A DNA stretch of 64,000 nucleotides. Source: Nitrospirota bacterium. Its GTDB lineage: Bacteria > Nitrospirota > UBA9217. Position numbers and translations under genes: made by a program. A model generated the notes under the pieces. That model worked only from the letters and a program-made list of their open reading frames with translations. It was not told the origin of the DNA and searched no databases. Below, in pieces: positions 59,955 through 64,000 of this stretch. Within the stretch, counting starts at the first letter, position 1. Each line of letters opens with the position of its first letter. The stretch covers positions 32,001-96,000 of the forward strand of contig CAVVOB010000032.1 of the NCBI GenBank assembly GCA_963749655.1. The letters are read 5' to 3'.

Positions 59955-59984
59955 TTTATACAACATTCCCTCTTCGGCTGTCAA
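59955..59984 (-). promoter_or_regulatory. Putative sigma70 promoter of tRNA-Thr
   Basis: TTGACA-N18-TATAAA on the minus strand. Confidence 0.5.
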
Positions 59985-60196
59985 GAAAATCTTTTCGTGA
60001 AAGGCGTGGCGGGAGGCAATATTTGCGCCCGTGAATCAGGAGATTGCCGGAGGGATGCCGGGTGCGCGGCACTCCAGTTTCCCAGTCTGATGCCCTGTTG
60101 AGAAAATCATCTTGATTAAACGTTTTGGCGGGTCTTTGTGCTTTCATACTGCAGTGAAAGATACCACACTTCAGGGAATCATCCTTACCTTAAGGA

Positions 60197-62290
60197 TTAA
60201 TGATGGCATCCCGCGACTGTCGAACAATTCGCGTCTCTTGTTGTGTAATTTCTCGTAGTCGGCAAATTAAGAGGCGATGTAATTTTCCCCTGGTTGGCCG
60301 TCGCTTCGTAGGGGAAACCATCAAATTGAACTACGAGCATGGCGCGATTCTTGTAGCCATGGGGTACTCGCGAATGGCAATTGACACAGCGATAAGCAAA
60401 CGTGGAAAAACCGCTGCTCGCTGCAAGCGTTTTATGCCGCGTATGCAGATTCGTACCGGTGCCGCCACCGGTGGAAAAACCAGTTCCGCCGGGATTAAAG
60501 GTATCTGTGCCGGTCAAATAGGTGCCGGAATCATGACAATTAAAGCAAAGGTCGCTTGAGGACTGATTTTGCGCCGTGCTGTTCGACGTCGGGTATAGGT
60601 CGGCAAAAGGCGCAGCAAGGATGAACGGATTCGACGACCCGTGGGTACCTTGAGGAGAACCGCCGCCGTTTCTCGTATGACAGTCAGAACAATACATCGT
60701 CTGATTATTTTTAGCAGTCCATAATCCGACGTACGTTCCTTGAGTATTTTTGTTGTTTGCTGCTACAACCGGATGATATGACGCATTGTTGTTATTGAAC
60801 TCCTGGGCCTGATCCGTCATAGCAACATTGCCCAGGGACGTGGAATTCGGCGTTGCTCCCCCATTCCAAGCGTAAGCCGAATGACATTTAAGACATATTT
60901 TGTATTCCATATCAACACCATTACTGATGGTGTCGGTTACACCCCGGCCCTTTACGTATTGATAATTAGTCGTAGGATTCGGCGGTGAAGTCCAGCCGCC
61001 GGCGGGAAAGGTGACATTAACGCCCCCTGTTCCCCATAACGGGCTGGTGGAGTCCAGCGGTGAAGCCGGAGGTACTACCGGCGATGAATGCCTGGTTTTC
61101 CCCGCTGAATGGGGATTGTGGCAGTCTTCGCATTCCACATGCCAGACAGTGCTGGTGTTAAACCAACCCAACTGGCCTTCTGTCGCCTTGTGACGAGGCG
61201 CTGTATTGGAATCCTTGATTTGATGAATGCCGATACCTGACGAGTTCACATCGGATTCGATATTCTTCCACCCGCCGGTGCCGTGGCATGCCGTTGCAGC
61301 ATTCGGCGTGCCCCATCGGTCACTGGGATTGTTCAGAAAGCAGCTGTTCTCCTCTTTGAAGGACAGCAGATACCGGCCATACGCAGCATCTGGCGTCGTG
61401 CTGCCCGGATTCAGACCGGCTTTATGCGGAAAGTGACAGGCCATGCATTTCACATCGCCGACCCTGCCTGTGGGGCTTCCGCTCAAGTATCCTCCTATGC
61501 CGTCAGGGGGAGTATAGGTTGCATTGATCGTGTTGTCGTCGTGAGCGCTTCCGGCAAAGCCCGCTTTGTCGTGACAACTTGTGCAGATACTGGAGTTATG
61601 ATTCGGATCTACCAGAAAATTTCCATATTCGTTGTCGTGAGGATCATGACACGAAGTGCATTCCACATACCCCCCGTTGTTCTTCGTTTCAATGACATTG
61701 TTGCTTGCATCGGTAGTATAGAGCCTGACCCTTGTCAATGAGGATACGGGAGACTTGAGTTCCCCGTCCTTGCCGTTGTCATGCTGAACCGCCACGGGAT
61801 GGTCGTCACTGAGGTCGAGGCCGATATAACCGGCGTCCTGCTGCTGAATCTTCGTATTCGGCGTCATGGCAACCTCGGTACCGCCGCTGTCATAGGGCAT
61901 GTTCACCAGTTTGCCGAGCGCCACCGTTCCGTCATGACAGGTGAGACAGACCCTGGTTTTTTTTATGTGAATTGCCGAAGCGCTTCCGGTAGACGGATTC
62001 TCCGCTGTAATACTCATGAGCGACATGACATCGCTCGCGTAAGGGACATAACCGGATTGGGTGGTTGAACGGTTCCAAAGAGGAGCTTCCGTATTGCCGC
62101 CATGGGGTGTATGGCAAAAAACGCATATTTCAGTCGTGCCGCCCAAAGCGGGAGACTGCGCTTTGTACGTTCCCGGACCGGATGCCGACAGATTATGTTT
62201 GGAATCCTTCACGAGGGTCGGCGCAGCCCCAGCGGTCGGTGCTGTAAATAGTACGGTCGAAAGTGCGATGATCAGTACACAGCGCTTCAT
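60197..62290 (-). CDS. Exported multiheme c-type cytochrome (10 CXXCH plus CX17CH and CX5CH) with an OmcE-like N-terminal tetraheme domain
   Basis: Signal peptide ending AGA-A; heme motifs counted in the translation; pattern KHNLS...ICVFCHTPH...PLWNR...CLTCHDG...DLSDDHPV...ECTSCHDPHDN...FL...CTSCH. Confidence 0.9.
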   Translation of the reverse strand: MKRCVLIIALSTVLFTAPTAGAAPTLVKDSKHNLSASGPGTYKAQSPALGGTTEICVFCHTPHGGNTEAPLWNRSTTQSGYVPYASDVMSLMSITAENPSTGSASAIHIKKTRVCLTCHDGTVALGKLVNMPYDSGGTEVAMTPNTKIQQQDAGYIGLDLSDDHPVAVQHDNGKDGELKSPVSSLTRVRLYTTDASNNVIETKNNGGYVECTSCHDPHDNEYGNFLVDPNHNSSICTSCHDKAGFAGSAHDDNTINATYTPPDGIGGYLSGSPTGRVGDVKCMACHFPHKAGLNPGSTTPDAAYGRYLLSFKEENSCFLNNPSDRWGTPNAATACHGTGGWKNIESDVNSSGIGIHQIKDSNTAPRHKATEGQLGWFNTSTVWHVECEDCHNPHSAGKTRHSSPVVPPASPLDSTSPLWGTGGVNVTFPAGGWTSPPNPTTNYQYVKGRGVTDTISNGVDMEYKICLKCHSAYAWNGGATPNSTSLGNVAMTDQAQEFNNNNASYHPVVAANNKNTQGTYVGLWTAKNNQTMYCSDCHTRNGGGSPQGTHGSSNPFILAAPFADLYPTSNSTAQNQSSSDLCFNCHDSGTYLTGTDTFNPGGTGFSTGGGTGTNLHTRHKTLAASSGFSTFAYRCVNCHSRVPHGYKNRAMLVVQFDGFPYEATANQGKITSPLNLPTTRNYTTRDANCSTVAGCHH

Positions 62291-62371
62291 GATTCACCTC
62301 ATCGGAATAACGGTTCGAAGTCACACCTCGCATGAACACGAACACGGAAAAAGTAAAACTCACTACGCCTT

Positions 62372-63406
62372 TTATTTCAGATACTGGAACATCTGCACGC
62401 GGTAATTATAACTGTCCGCCACGAACAACCGGTCCTTGCTGTCGATGAACAGGCCCGCCGGAATATCGAACTCACCGGGGCCGATCCCCTTCCTTCCGAA
62501 GATCAGGAGCAGTTTCCCGCTGCGGTCGAACACCTGGATACTGTTGCGCAGGCCGTCTGACACCCAGATATGGCCTTCACTGTCGACGGCAATCCCTTTC
62601 GGCTTCATGAAACTACCGATTGCGGTGCCCATGCTGCCGAATTTACCGATGAATCGGCCATCCTTGTCGAATATCTGAATTCGGAAGTTAAGCGTATCCA
62701 TTACGTAGACATTTCCCTGTCCGTCTATTGCCAGATGGGTGGGATAATTAAACTCGCCGTCGCCTTCGCCCCGTTTGCCGAAGCTACGTATTTTTTTTCC
62801 GGCGAGGTCGAAGACATAAACCCGGTGGCCTACGGTATCCGTAACGTAGAGGAGCTTTTCACGCTTATTAATGGCAACGCCGGTCGGTCTCATCAGGTCG
62901 TCGTCACCGATGACCCGTTTGTTCTTGCTGCCGTCGAATACAAAGATCCTCCTGAGGACGGAGTCCGATACGTATAGCAACCCATCGGCATCAAGAGTGG
63001 CTCCGATGGGGGAAGCGAGATTGCCGAGCTTTGTTCTGCCGTACTGGTCGTATTTCTTTTTTTCGAAATTAAAATAGTGAATCCGGCCAGCACCCCAATC
63101 CGCAACATAGACGATTCCTTCGCCGTCCGATACGACGCCGTGCGGAGAAATGATGCGATCCACCGTATCCTCGCCTGCAATGAATTCCCAAAGACGCGCA
63201 AAAAAACCTTTTGTGGCGCCGAGGTCCTGAGGGGTAATGAACGTACGCAGGAATTTCACACGGGGTTTTTCTGGAGGCAGCGGCCAAACCCACGGCGCCG
63301 CATCCGTTCCGCGTACGGGATTATCCACAGCCGTGGCAAAGGATGTAGAGAAAACGATTGTAATGACGAGCAAGCAGGCGGTTATGCAGAGGGAACGTGT
63401 TTTCAT
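62372..63406 (-). CDS. Exported NHL-repeat 6-bladed beta-propeller
   Basis: Signal peptide, VWPLPPEKPRVKF and repeated GxFxxPxGxAxD...YVxDxxNxRxQxF blades. Confidence 0.92.
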   Translation of the reverse strand: MKTRSLCITACLLVITIVFSTSFATAVDNPVRGTDAAPWVWPLPPEKPRVKFLRTFITPQDLGATKGFFARLWEFIAGEDTVDRIISPHGVVSDGEGIVYVADWGAGRIHYFNFEKKKYDQYGRTKLGNLASPIGATLDADGLLYVSDSVLRRIFVFDGSKNKRVIGDDDLMRPTGVAINKREKLLYVTDTVGHRVYVFDLAGKKIRSFGKRGEGDGEFNYPTHLAIDGQGNVYVMDTLNFRIQIFDKDGRFIGKFGSMGTAIGSFMKPKGIAVDSEGHIWVSDGLRNSIQVFDRSGKLLLIFGRKGIGPGEFDIPAGLFIDSKDRLFVADSYNYRVQMFQYLK

Positions 63407-63445
63407 AACAAAGGTACTCTGTTATAGCATTCCCTTTTCCGCAAG

Positions 63446-63751
63446 TCAACTCATAAGCGAAGGAGAATCAACCGCTTTGATACGCGATTTTGGATGAGGA
63501 TGGTTGGGATTTTCCAGGACCCGGTCGATGGCTTCCACTACAGCTGTCTCGACCATGACCCAAGGAGACCCTATTTCTTTCTCTTCAGTCACGTCTACAT
63601 AGTAGTGGGGAGGAAGATAATTAAGAGCTATTGCCGCAATATCGTTCAAGCAGCGCGAACAGCCGCATACATTGCGATAACGCTCCTTCAGGAGCTTATC
63701 CATGACAGCCATGACACGTTCGTAATTAGCGTTTCTTACGTTACAATCCAT
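63446..63751 (-). CDS. ComFB (late competence development) domain protein
   Basis: VRNANYERV...CGCSRCLNDIAAIALNYLPPHY...NPNH matches the ComFB CxCxxCxxDxxAxALNxLPPxY pattern. Confidence 0.85.
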   Translation of the reverse strand: MDCNVRNANYERVMAVMDKLLKERYRNVCGCSRCLNDIAAIALNYLPPHYYVDVTEEKEIGSPWVMVETAVVEAIDRVLENPNHPHPKSRIKAVDSPSLMS

Positions 63752-63787
63752 CCCTGCCTCGCAAATGAAGTTCAACAAAATCTTGAA

Positions 63788-63803
63788 TGCAAAATAGATA
63801 CCA
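63788..63803 (-). promoter_or_regulatory. Putative sigma54 (-24/-12) promoter of the comFB-NHL-cytochrome operon
   Basis: Minus-strand TGGTAT-CTATT-TTGCA (GG-N10-GC), 36 bp upstream of the comFB ATG. Confidence 0.7.
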
Positions 63804-64000
63804 CAATAACAAGTCTATTTTATTGCTATATTTCAATAAATTACGGTTGGCAAAAGAAAAAAATACTTAATTATTAGAGCGATAGTGAGCATGGTGAGCG
63901 AAAACTGACATTAACATAAAGCTTCATCAATTCAACATGTTACAAATCAATAAGAATAAAGCAATAATCGTCTCGGTTATTTGCCCACCCAAGCTGTTTC

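Overview
This is a chromosomal window from a diderm bacterium of moderately high GC. Gene content and order suggest Nitrospirota or a Desulfobacterota-like anaerobe, which is an inference. Nearly all genes lie on the minus strand. In order it carries: a bamA-skp-lpxD-fabZ-lpxA-lpxI-gnnA-gnnB-lpxB-msbA lipid A operon, hemW, an ArgA-like acetyltransferase, an orphan lipoprotein, clpC (+ strand), the rimP-nusA-ylxR/L7Ae-infB-rbfA-nrnA-truB-rpsO-pnp cluster, an uncharacterised operon of two paralogous exported helical-repeat proteins plus a WbuC cupin, the ccsA-hemA-hemC-cobA/hemD-iscA-hemB cluster, lysS-lolC-lolD, ubiD-CNNM-purC, type IV pilus genes pilB-pilT-pilC-pilS-pilR, pgsA-HTH-DUF512-aroE, tRNA-Thr(CGT), and a predicted sigma54-driven comFB/NHL beta-propeller/multiheme cytochrome operon. 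About ten single-base frameshifts, including ones in infB and lolC/lolD, look like read or assembly errors. The best leads are: (1) an OmcE-like cytochrome extended to 10 CXXCH motifs plus CX17CH and CX5CH, led by a ComFB-family gene; (2) the paralogous exported protein pair with 33-residue repeats; and (3) a set of intergenic arrays of 6-10 bp units, several inverted, inside housekeeping operons. All family assignments come from motif recognition; no database search was run.
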